Shown here: positions 20,911 through 29,482 of the stretch, one piece after another
Numbering within the stretch: the first letter of the stretch is position 1
Layout: each line of letters starts with the position of its first letter
Assembly (NCBI GenBank): GCA_963724765.1
Contig: CAVRVY010000003.1
Span: 864,001 to 928,000 of the forward strand
From: an uncultured delta proteobacterium
Lineage (GTDB): Bacteria > Desulfobacterota > Binatia > Binatales > Binataceae
Reading direction: 5' to 3'
DNA length: 64,000 nt
The notes under the pieces: generated by a model
What the model saw: the letters and a program-made list of their open reading frames with translations, nothing else
The model's database searches: none
Told to the model about the DNA's origin: nothing
Translations under genes and position numbers: made by a program

Positions 20911-21399
20911 TTATTGGCTGGTGTGCGGCTCGAACCCGACGAAGCTCAGCTTGTCGCCCGCGCGCACGCCGTGGCGCGCGCAGAATCCGCCGTTGACCTC
21001 GAGTACGTAGAGCGCCGACGCGTCGGGGCCGACCGGGCGCTCCGAGTAAGGCGTGGCGTTGGCCACGATACCCACCACGACGCCTGACGGGTCGGCGAAA
21101 ATCATATCCAGTGGGATCTCCGTATGCTTCATCCAGAATTTCAGCGGTTCGGCGGCGGGAAAAATGAACAGCATACCGGCATTCTCGTCCAGGTGCTCGC
21201 GGTACATCAGGCCGAATGTGCGCTGTCCCGGCGTGACCGCCAACTCGACGCGTACCGCGGCGCGCTCGGCTCCGTCGGACGCGCTGATTACCACCTTTGG
21301 AGTCTCAACGGCTCCCAGAGCGGACGCGGCCAGCGCGAACAGGATGAGGCAACACGCCAGCGCCGCGCGGCGTGTGGCTCGCCTTAAGCGTTCAAGCAT
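20911..21399 (-). CDS. DUF192 family protein
   Basis: VELA.TP..R..GLMYR, GMLFIF, FWMKHT.IPLDMIF, YVLEVNGG. Confidence 0.92.
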   Translation of the reverse strand: MLERLRRATRRAALACCLILFALAASALGAVETPKVVISASDGAERAAVRVELAVTPGQRTFGLMYREHLDENAGMLFIFPAAEPLKFWMKHTEIPLDMIFADPSGVVVGIVANATPYSERPVGPDASALYVLEVNGGFCARHGVRAGDKLSFVGFEPHTSQ

Positions 21400-21443
21400 C
21401 GCTGTTTGCCATGAGATCCGGACTTCGTTTCGAAGCGCACCGC

Positions 21444-22649
21444 CTAGCTGACCTCGAGCGGCAGCGAGGCGAGTCCGCGCAGGAAGAACGACCCCTTGTA
21501 CGCAAGCGGCGCCTCGGGCGCGGCGGGCCGGATTCGCTTGTAACGTGCGAGCAGCGAGCCGATCGCGATCGCACCTTCCATCCGGGCGAGCGGCGCACCG
21601 ATACAGAAGTGGATCCCCTCGCCGAAGGCCAGATGGTCGTTCGGCGTGCGCGCGATATCGAACGTCTCGGGCTCGCTGAATTGCGCCGGGTCGCGATTGG
21701 CCGCCGCCAGCAGCACGAAGATGAGCGAGCCGGCAGCCACCGTCGCGCCGGCAATTTCGGTGTCGTGGCGGATGTACCGCATCGTCGCCTGCACTGGACC
21801 GTCGTAACGCAGCATCTCTTCTATCGCCGACGGTATCAGCTCGGGTGAGCCGCCCAGCCGCTCGAGTTGCCCGGGATTGCGCGTCAGCGCGAGCATCCCG
21901 TTGCCGATGAGATTGGTGGTGGTCTCGTTGCCGGCGAGCAGCAGGAGGACGACGAAGGCAACCAGTTCAGCTTCGCTTAGCACCTCGTCGGAGCCCTCGC
22001 GCGCGGCGACCAGCACGCTTACAAGGTCGTCGCCCGGATTGCGCCGGCGCTTTTCGATCTCGGCGATAAAGTATTCGCGCAGCGCCGTGAACGCGTCGCG
22101 CACGTTTTGCGGCAGCGGCATCCCGGGCGGCGTGTTGTCCGATTCGATAACGGTGTCGGACCACTGCTTGAACATCGAGTAGTGCTCGTGCGGCACGCCC
22201 AGCATGTGCGAGATGACCATCACGGGCAGCGGATTGGCGAGATCCGCCATCACGTCGATTCCGCCTTTGCCGGCGGCGCGGTCGAGCAGCAGGTCGGTGA
22301 ACTCGCGAATTTTGGGCTCGAGCTCACGGATGCGCCGCGGCGTGAAGGCGCGGCTCACCAGCCGGCGGAGCCTGGTGTGAACCGGCGGATCGGAGAACAC
22401 CACGCGCGGCGCGTCGCCGAAGACGCTGATGCGCTCTTCGAGGAACCGCGAGCGCGGCGGCACGCTGGAGAAATGTTCATGGTCGCGCAGCACGGCGGCG
22501 CAATCGGCATAGCGCGCCACCAGCGCCATCGGCAGGAAAACGTTGAGCAGCCGCGGCGGCCCCGTCATCAGGGGCTTGTAATACGGGTAAGGGTTGGCGC
22601 GAAACGCTTCGTCCCACGGGTTGAAATAGATCTGCTCGGCTTCGGTCAT
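21444..22649 (-). CDS. Cytochrome P450
   Basis: DPPVHTRLRR, AGNETT, EEMLR, FGEGIHFCIG heme cysteine. Confidence 0.96.
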   Translation of the reverse strand: MTEAEQIYFNPWDEAFRANPYPYYKPLMTGPPRLLNVFLPMALVARYADCAAVLRDHEHFSSVPPRSRFLEERISVFGDAPRVVFSDPPVHTRLRRLVSRAFTPRRIRELEPKIREFTDLLLDRAAGKGGIDVMADLANPLPVMVISHMLGVPHEHYSMFKQWSDTVIESDNTPPGMPLPQNVRDAFTALREYFIAEIEKRRRNPGDDLVSVLVAAREGSDEVLSEAELVAFVVLLLLAGNETTTNLIGNGMLALTRNPGQLERLGGSPELIPSAIEEMLRYDGPVQATMRYIRHDTEIAGATVAAGSLIFVLLAAANRDPAQFSEPETFDIARTPNDHLAFGEGIHFCIGAPLARMEGAIAIGSLLARYKRIRPAAPEAPLAYKGSFFLRGLASLPLEVS

Positions 22650-22740
22650 GCGGCGTCACGGCCTCCGCGCCCGCGACGGGCGCATCGGCCATTGTAGCGT
22701 GGCGGCGGGCGCCGAAAACAGCGGCGTTCTTGAACGATTC

Positions 22741-23556
22741 TCAGCGGCCGGCGAAGCGCGGCTGACGCTTTTCCATGAATGCGCGCACGCCCTCGCGGTA
22801 GTCCTCGCTATCGAAGCAGCGCGAGACCATCTCGGCGATCGTCTTGAGGTCGCGCTCGGCGCCATCCTTGAGCCCCTCGCGGATCGTGGCCTTCGCCGTC
22901 GCCATCGTAAGCGGTGCGTTGGACGCCATCCGGGTCGCATACCGGCGGACGTGATCCTCCAGTTCCGAGGGCTCGACCAGCTTGTTCAGCAGGCCCATCG
23001 CATTGGCTTCCTCGGCGTCGAATATGCGCGCCGACATCAGGATGTCGCGCGCGTTGGCGGGGCCGCATACGCTCACCAGCGACATCACGCCGTCCAGCGG
23101 GTAGGCCAATCCCAGACGTGCCGCAGGAACTCCCAGGCGCGTCCCGCGCGCCCCGATGCGGATGTCGCAGGCGAGCGCGACCTGCAAGCCGCCGCCGATA
23201 CAGATGCCCGCGATCATCGCGATGACCGGCTTGGGACAGTTGGTGATCGCGCTGGTCGCGTTGCCCGGCGCCTCGCGGTAGATGCGCGCCTGCTCGGCGT
23301 TGGCGCGCAGGCTCGGAAACTCCGAAATGTCGGCGCCGGAGATGAAGGCCTCGGGCGTGGCGCCGCGCATGATGATCACGCGCACGTCGGGGTCGTCGTT
23401 GAGCTCGGCGACGCCCTTGACGATGAGCTGCCAGGTGCGCAGGTTGAGCGCGTTGCGCACCTGCGGACGGTTAAGTATGAGCCATCCGAGCGGCGCCTCA
23501 TGGCGCACCAGCAGCGGCTCGGGCTCGCCGGAAGCGGTCTTTAGCTGCTCGCTCAT
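22741..23556 (-). CDS. Enoyl-CoA hydratase/isomerase
   Basis: AFISGADI, CIGGG, DYREGVRAFMEKRQPRF. Confidence 0.92.
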   Translation of the reverse strand: MSEQLKTASGEPEPLLVRHEAPLGWLILNRPQVRNALNLRTWQLIVKGVAELNDDPDVRVIIMRGATPEAFISGADISEFPSLRANAEQARIYREAPGNATSAITNCPKPVIAMIAGICIGGGLQVALACDIRIGARGTRLGVPAARLGLAYPLDGVMSLVSVCGPANARDILMSARIFDAEEANAMGLLNKLVEPSELEDHVRRYATRMASNAPLTMATAKATIREGLKDGAERDLKTIAEMVSRCFDSEDYREGVRAFMEKRQPRFAGR

Positions 23557-23730
23557 CGTGATGCGTGCCTTGTTTTTCGTGCTTCAGACATATTGTTGCG
23601 CGAACTTTCTCAATAGTTCAGCTACTCCGTTGTAGCCCAGCTTGCGCGCCGAGGTAAACCGCACGCCGCGATACGCTCGATCCCACGCACGAGCGCGGCT
23701 TGTCCGCTGCGCGCGACAGGATTAAGTACA

Positions 23731-24612
23731 ATGGTCATGGATATCGGCAAATATGGCGTTTGGTTCTTCTATGACGGGATGACTGCGGCGCAGAGCGCGG
23801 AGTTCGCGCGCACGGTCGAAAAGCACGGCTATGGAGCGCTCTGGATTCCCGAGGCAGTCGGGCGCGAGCCGTTCGCACATGCGGCCTACCTCGCGGCGCG
23901 CACGGAGCGGCTCGCCTTCGCCACCGGCATCGCGAACATCTATGCGCGCGACCCGCTGACGATGGCGGCGGCGGCCAAGACCGTCGCCGAGCTCTCGGGC
24001 GGCCGCTTCCTGCTCGGGATTGGCGTCAGCCACAAGCCGCTGGTGGCCAACCTGCGCGGCCATAGCTACGACAAACCCTACAGCTACATGCGCGAGTACC
24101 TGCCCAAGATGAAAAGCGCGCTCTACCGCGCGCCCGAGCCCAAGGAGCGGGTGCCGGTGGTGCTCGCCGCGTTGCATCCCAAAATGCTCGCACTGTGCGC
24201 GGCGGAGGCCGACGGCACGCATACCTACTTTGTGCCGCCCGAGCATACCGCGATGGCGCGCGCCGCGATCGGCCCCAAGCCGCTGATCTGCGTTGAGCAG
24301 GCGGTGGTTCTCGATACCGACGCGGCCAAGGCGCGAGCGACCGCGCGCGAGTACATGAAGACCTACGTGCCGCGCCTGCCCAATTACACCAACGCACTGA
24401 AGGCGCTGGGCTGGGCCGACAAGGAATTCGAGAACGGATGCAGTGACCGGCTGGTCGACACCATCGTGGCCTGGGGCACCGAGACCCAGATTCGCGACCG
24501 CGTCGAGGCGCAACTGAAGGCCGGCGCCAATCACGTGTGCATCCAACCGCTCAATACCGCGAATCCCCTGATGCCCGACGAGCGAGCGTTGCAGGCGCTG
24601 GCCCCGAAATAG
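23731..24612 (+). CDS. LLM-class (probably F420-dependent) oxidoreductase
   Basis: ALWIPE, ATGIANIYARDP, GRFLLGIGVSH, AAL.PKML. Confidence 0.85.
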   Translation: MVMDIGKYGVWFFYDGMTAAQSAEFARTVEKHGYGALWIPEAVGREPFAHAAYLAARTERLAFATGIANIYARDPLTMAAAAKTVAELSGGRFLLGIGVSHKPLVANLRGHSYDKPYSYMREYLPKMKSALYRAPEPKERVPVVLAALHPKMLALCAAEADGTHTYFVPPEHTAMARAAIGPKPLICVEQAVVLDTDAAKARATAREYMKTYVPRLPNYTNALKALGWADKEFENGCSDRLVDTIVAWGTETQIRDRVEAQLKAGANHVCIQPLNTANPLMPDERALQALAPK

Positions 24613-24617
24613 GCGCG

Positions 24618-24929
24618 ATGCGCGCGCGCGGGGTCAGGCTTGCCGGCGCGGCCGCGGTGATCGCGCTCGCGGCGTTGATGGCGAGCGGATGCGGGCCGTC
24701 GGCCGAAGAAAGCGCGGAGCGGGCAGAGGCGGCCGCCGCGCAGGCCCAGGCCGCCTCGGCCCGCGCGCAGGCCAAGGCTGCGCTCGCGAAGGAGGAGGCG
24801 GCCGACGCGCAGCGCCGCGCGGACCATGCCGCCCAGCTCTTCGAGGCCGCGACGGCCGAGTTCAACGATGCGGCCAACCGGCTCGACAGGTACCGGCGCG
24901 AGCAACAGGAGCAGGACCATGATCGGTAA
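24618..24929 (+). CDS. Ala-rich coiled-coil lipoprotein
   Basis: Signal peptide ending ASGC, then an Ala/Glu helix. Confidence 0.6.
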   Translation: MRARGVRLAGAAAVIALAALMASGCGPSAEESAERAEAAAAQAQAASARAQAKAALAKEEAADAQRRADHAAQLFEAATAEFNDAANRLDRYRREQQEQDHDR

Positions 24930-24948
24930 GTCAGTTCGGTAAGTCAGT
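24923..24948. repeat. Perfect 13-bp tandem repeat TCGGTAAGTCAGT x2
   Basis: Read directly; a further GTAAGT follows at about 24962. Confidence 0.8.
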
Positions 24949-25078
24949 AAGGATTCCGTGAGTAAGTTGGAATGATGATCAGGAACTGATGCCCGTCGCG
25001 CTCGACAGGCAGCGGCTTGCCCGGCTCGTGACGCTCTGAGATAAGCGGAAAGGGTCGGAAAAAGATAAGGGTGCAAAA

Positions 25079-25723
25079 ATGAAGCTCTACAATATGAATC
25101 TCTCGAATTTTGCCACCAAGTCGCGGATTGCGATCTACGACAAGGGGCTTGATATCGAGATTGCCGCAATTCCTGGCAACAACCTCAAGTCGCCCGAATA
25201 CCTCAAGATTAATCCGCTCGGCAAAACCCCGGCGCTCGACGCCGACGGGATGGTCGTCGCTGAATCCGAGATCATCAACGAATACCTCGAAGACAAGTTT
25301 CCCAGCCCGCCGCTGCTGCCAAAAACCCCCGAGGGACGCGCGCGGGTGCGGATGTTTACCCGCTTTCACGACCTCTACCTGGAGCCCCCGCTGCGCGCGC
25401 TGTTCGGCCAACTCAATCCCAAAAGCCGTGACGAGAAAATCGTCAACGAACGGCTGACCGAGTTCAACCAACGCCTGGACCAGCTCGAAGCGATGCTCCC
25501 GCCCAGCGGATTCGCGGCCGGAGCGGAGTTCACGCTGGCCGACTGCGCAATCGCGCCAACGATGTTCTTCGCGACCAACATGCTGGCGGGCTTTGGCGCC
25601 AAACCGGCGCTGGAGGGGCGTCCCAAGCTGGAGGCGTGGTGGACGCACGTGCAGACACGGCCGTCGGTGACGAAGGCGCTGGCTGAGATGGGCGAGGCAC
25701 TGGCGGCCATGATGAAGCGTTAG
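25079..25723 (+). CDS. Glutathione S-transferase
   Basis: YLKINPLGKTPAL, ESEIINEYLED, FTLADC. Confidence 0.93.
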   Translation: MKLYNMNLSNFATKSRIAIYDKGLDIEIAAIPGNNLKSPEYLKINPLGKTPALDADGMVVAESEIINEYLEDKFPSPPLLPKTPEGRARVRMFTRFHDLYLEPPLRALFGQLNPKSRDEKIVNERLTEFNQRLDQLEAMLPPSGFAAGAEFTLADCAIAPTMFFATNMLAGFGAKPALEGRPKLEAWWTHVQTRPSVTKALAEMGEALAAMMKR

Positions 25724-25882
25724 CGTTTCGCCAACCCTCGCCGCGCGCCTCCGATGACGCCGCTTGGGCCGCCGCTGACCGCATCGTTAGCTGACTTGCG
25801 CGATTTCATTGAGCGCTGTCCCGCGCGCTAGCGTGAAGCCGGTTTGCTCGCCACGCGCAAGCGCCCGCATAAAGGAAAATCA

Positions 25883-26905
25883 GTGTTGAAGCTGTCGGTC
25901 ATCGACCAGTCGCCAGTGTCCGCCGGCTCGAGTCCGGCCGACGCGCTGCGCAACTCGATCGAACTTGCTCGCCTGGCCGACCGGCTGGGCTACGAGCGCT
26001 ATTGGATCGCCGAGCATCACGCCATCACGGCCCTGGCCAGTCCTGCGCCCGAAATACTGATGACGCGGATCGCCGCCGAAACCTCCGGCATCCGGGTCGG
26101 CTCGGGTGGCGTGATGCTGCCGCACTACAGCCCGCTCAAGGTCGCGGAAACTTTCCGCATGCTCCACGCCTTGTATCCGGGCCGCATCGACCTCGGCGTC
26201 GGACGCGCGCCCGGAGGCACTCCGCTCGATACTTTCGCGCTCCAGCGCTATCGCGGCCAGCAATTGTCGAGCGACGATTTTCCGCAACAACTGCTGGAGC
26301 TGTTGGCCTTCCTGAACCGCGACTTCCCGGCCAAGCATCCGTTCGGCCGCCTCACCGTCTCTCCCGACATGCCGGGCTGTCCCGAGATCTGGCTGCTCGG
26401 TTCCAGCATGTGGAGCGCCGCGGCGGCGGCGCAATTCGGATTGCGCTACGCCTTCGCCCATTTCATCGATTCCAATCCAACCCGCGCCGCGCTGGAGCAT
26501 TATTTCTCGCACTTCACCGCGTCCAAAGAATTGTCGGCGCCGTACGCGATGGTCGCGCCGGGCGTGCTTTGCGCCGACACGGAAGCTGAAGCCGAGCGCC
26601 TGCTCACCAGCGCGCGGCTTTTCCGCCGCCGTATCCGGCAGGGCGACGTGCGCCCGATTCCGACCCCCGAAGACGCGATCGCGGAGCTGGGCCCATCGCC
26701 GGAAACGCCACCCAACGAGCTTGGCGATTGGCCGCGCTACTTCGCCGGTACGCCCGAGCGGGTTCGCGACCAGCTAATCGATATGGCGAGCGTGCTCCAC
26801 GTCGACGAGCTGATGATAGTCACGATCGTGCACGACCATCGCGCACGCATGCGCTCCTACGAGCTCCTCGCCAAAGCCTTCAATCTCACTCCACGTTCCA
26901 CATAG
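25883..26905 (+). CDS. Luciferase-like (LLM) flavin monooxygenase
   Basis: RYWIAEHH, RVGSGGVMLPHYSPLKVAE, GRIDLGVGRAPG. Confidence 0.92.
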   Translation: MLKLSVIDQSPVSAGSSPADALRNSIELARLADRLGYERYWIAEHHAITALASPAPEILMTRIAAETSGIRVGSGGVMLPHYSPLKVAETFRMLHALYPGRIDLGVGRAPGGTPLDTFALQRYRGQQLSSDDFPQQLLELLAFLNRDFPAKHPFGRLTVSPDMPGCPEIWLLGSSMWSAAAAAQFGLRYAFAHFIDSNPTRAALEHYFSHFTASKELSAPYAMVAPGVLCADTEAEAERLLTSARLFRRRIRQGDVRPIPTPEDAIAELGPSPETPPNELGDWPRYFAGTPERVRDQLIDMASVLHVDELMIVTIVHDHRARMRSYELLAKAFNLTPRST

Positions 26906-26979
26906 AGGCAGACGCGCGTATTCGCCAGGCGGTTATGCCGGGATGAGAAAACTCGTTTCCAGCAGAGAGGAATTGATAC

Positions 26980-27738
26980 ATGGACTCAGCGGGCAAGGTC
27001 GCAATCGTCACCGGCGCGGGCACCGGAATAGGCAAGCAGGCCGCGCTGGCCCTGCTGCACGATGGTTACTCGGTGGTGCTGGCGGGGCGCCGCCGGGAGC
27101 CGTTGGAGGCGACCGCGCTGGAAGGACAATCCTCCGGCGCGCGAGCGCTGGTGGTACCCGCTGACGTAGGCGATCCCGCCTCCGTAAAATCGCTGTTCGC
27201 CAGGACCAAAGAGACTTTCGGCCGGCTCGACCTGCTATTCAACAATGCGGGCGTCGGCGCACCCGGCATTCCGCTAGAAGACCTCACTTATGAGCAATGG
27301 AAGTCGGTAGTGGATATCAATTTGACCGGCGCGTTCCTCTGTACGCAGGAAGCGTTCCGAATCATGAAGAGCCAGGATCCCCGCGGCGGACGTATCATCA
27401 ACAACGGCTCGATCTCCGCCCACGCGCCGCGGCCAAACTCCGCTCCATACACGGCCACCAAACACGCGATGACCGGACTGACCAAGGCGACCTCGCTCGA
27501 CGGCCGCAAGTACGATATCGCCTGCGGCCAGATCGATATCGGCAACGCCGCCACCGAGATGACCGCGCGGATGAAACGCGGCGTCCCGCAGGCCAACGGC
27601 GCGCTCGAAATCGAGCCGACGTTCGATGCTCAGCAGGTCGCGCGCGGTGTGGTCTACATGGCCAGTCTGCCACTGGAAGCCAACGTGCTCTTCATGACGG
27701 TGATGGCGACCAAGATGCCGCTGGTCGGCCGCGGTTAG
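26980..27738 (+). CDS. SDR oxidoreductase
   Basis: [17 protein letters not shown]. Confidence 0.94.
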   Translation: MDSAGKVAIVTGAGTGIGKQAALALLHDGYSVVLAGRRREPLEATALEGQSSGARALVVPADVGDPASVKSLFARTKETFGRLDLLFNNAGVGAPGIPLEDLTYEQWKSVVDINLTGAFLCTQEAFRIMKSQDPRGGRIINNGSISAHAPRPNSAPYTATKHAMTGLTKATSLDGRKYDIACGQIDIGNAATEMTARMKRGVPQANGALEIEPTFDAQQVARGVVYMASLPLEANVLFMTVMATKMPLVGRG

Positions 27739-27774
27739 AATGGGACGGGCGGGCCTGAGACGAGACTGACAAGA

Positions 27775-27963
27775 TGAGCCTACCTCGCTCTCCAGGCTCA
27801 GCGCGTCGCGGCTCTTTTTGAGAGCGCGTTCCGGATAGCCCAATTCCCATAAAAGGCAGGCGGCCAAACAGCGGGACGCAACCCCGGCGTCGAAACCATA
27901 GACGAAAGCCTGAGAGCGATGTTGCCGCGCATCATAGAGGGCGATGGCTCGCTCACAATGCTC
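27775..27963 (-). pseudogene. Fragment of the TPR region of a cyclase/ATPase/TPR gene
   Basis: EHCERAIALYDARQHRSQAFVYGFDAGVASRCLAACLLWELGYPERAL aligns by eye with EHLDYVIANHD...TLWIQGYPDQAL of 29483..32806. Confidence 0.75.
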
Positions 27964-28044
27964 ACTCCTGGCCGTGCTATGAAGCGCCTCGCTCGCTCGT
28001 AAGCGAGCCGACTCTGGTTGCGATGCGAACCAGACCCGGATTTT

Positions 28045-28914
28045 TCATTTCTTCGAGAGCCTCATTAGGCAGTATTGAAGACCTCCGTCCGCTAAAGCCT
28101 GCTGCATCAGCGCATGCGCCCGTATGGACGAATGGCATCGCACCCCTCCGTCCGGCGCCGGGCTCTTCTCACGTATCTCCGCTTCAATCAGCTCTTTCGT
28201 CGTGGCCCAGAAGTGCTTCGTCCGTTGAGAGATATCGTGAACCGAATCTACTTGGAAATCTGCTTGCTCCGCGAAGTCAAAATACTCCGGTATCGTGCCT
28301 ATTCGTGTGTGCCAGTAACTGTTGAACGCAGTCTCGTATTCCGGACGACCAAGAAAGCAGTCGGCAATCAACACATGACCTTTGGCTCGTAACAGTGAAG
28401 CGAGTCGCACGAACCATTTCCTACGCTCGAGGTGGCACGAGCTATCTATTGCCACAGCAGCATCGAAGCGGTCTTCACCCGGTACCGCGAGCGCGTCACA
28501 AAGAAGTGGCCGTATTCGCGAAGCAACCCCGGCCTGTGCCGCGAAACGCACTACCCAATCCACATGGGATGCAACACAGGTGTTCGCAGTTACACGTGCG
28601 CCGAACTGTTCTGCCCAAAAAATTGCGCCCCCGCCAAATCCACAGCCAACATCCAGCACTTCACCCGTGAGAGTCGGCGATGCATCCCAAGCATCTACTG
28701 CACAGTAGAGCAGACGCTCCTGTGCAGCGACAAGTCTTCGTCTCAAGTCGAGACGTGACAATTCGGGTGGGGGAGCATCATCCATCAGACCAGTGTGGTA
28801 GTGCACGCGCGGCCCCGGACCGTAGCGCTCGAGGATCGACTTGGTCTTAGAATGATAGTAACTTGTGACGTCTTGAAGGCTTGGAGTATAAGTCTCCATA
28901 TAACGCTGCATCAA
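28045..28914 (-). CDS. SAM-dependent methyltransferase (GPP-/sterol-/tocopherol C-methyltransferase-like)
   Basis: YY..K....RYGPGPRVHYHTG, VLDVGCGFGGG, FDAAVAIDSSCHL; start uncertain (28914, 28911 or 28899). Confidence 0.8.
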   Translation of the reverse strand: MMQRYMETYTPSLQDVTSYYHSKTKSILERYGPGPRVHYHTGLMDDAPPPELSRLDLRRRLVAAQERLLYCAVDAWDASPTLTGEVLDVGCGFGGGAIFWAEQFGARVTANTCVASHVDWVVRFAAQAGVASRIRPLLCDALAVPGEDRFDAAVAIDSSCHLERRKWFVRLASLLRAKGHVLIADCFLGRPEYETAFNSYWHTRIGTIPEYFDFAEQADFQVDSVHDISQRTKHFWATTKELIEAEIREKSPAPDGGVRCHSSIRAHALMQQALADGGLQYCLMRLSKK

Positions 28915-29043
28915 GGCTGAGATCTTAGGTCGAAGCCAATCTCAGCATGCCTTAGTGTTGGGCAATAACTGGAGAGCGCAAGATCTTTTAACCAACACTA
29001 TTCAGAAGCCGCTTTTTTAAAGAATGCTGAAGCCCCGCATTGA

Positions 29044-29439
29044 CTATAGACTATCTGATCCCCACAAGAAGAGCAGTTTCCAACTTCCTGATGCTTTCGT
29101 AAACAAGAAGAAATACCTGATCGTGTCTGAGCCGTTGTCGTCCGACCAGTTGGCAAGGCCACAAACTGATCCGAGGTTCTCATCGATAGTTTCGGCCTGT
29201 GGCAGAGGATTAAATATAGGATTATCCTTGACCTCTTGCCGAAGAAAATCCATGACATTACTTATTCCTAAGACCAACTCTTTAGAGTCTGGATGACTAA
29301 CCCTTTTGAGAACGACATAATGATCAAGCAAAGATTCGACGTTGTCCCAGTCACGCTCGTTGAAGTAAAGTCGTGCCAAATCAAAAGTTTGCTTCAGAGT
29401 GGTGCTGCCCTCCAAATGCATTTGCCATTTAGAATCCAT
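29044..29439 (-). CDS. Hypothetical protein, NTF2/SnoaL-like pattern
   Basis: Strong AGGAGG RBS; FNERDWDNVESLL...G...V..FL and terminal YFFLFTK.SGSWKL strands. Confidence 0.7.
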   Translation of the reverse strand: MDSKWQMHLEGSTTLKQTFDLARLYFNERDWDNVESLLDHYVVLKRVSHPDSKELVLGISNVMDFLRQEVKDNPIFNPLPQAETIDENLGSVCGLANWSDDNGSDTIRYFFLFTKASGSWKLLFLWGSDSL

Positions 29440-29482
29440 TGTTCCCTCCTTGAGCTTCTCTTAGAAAGGTTTTCCAAACCGC

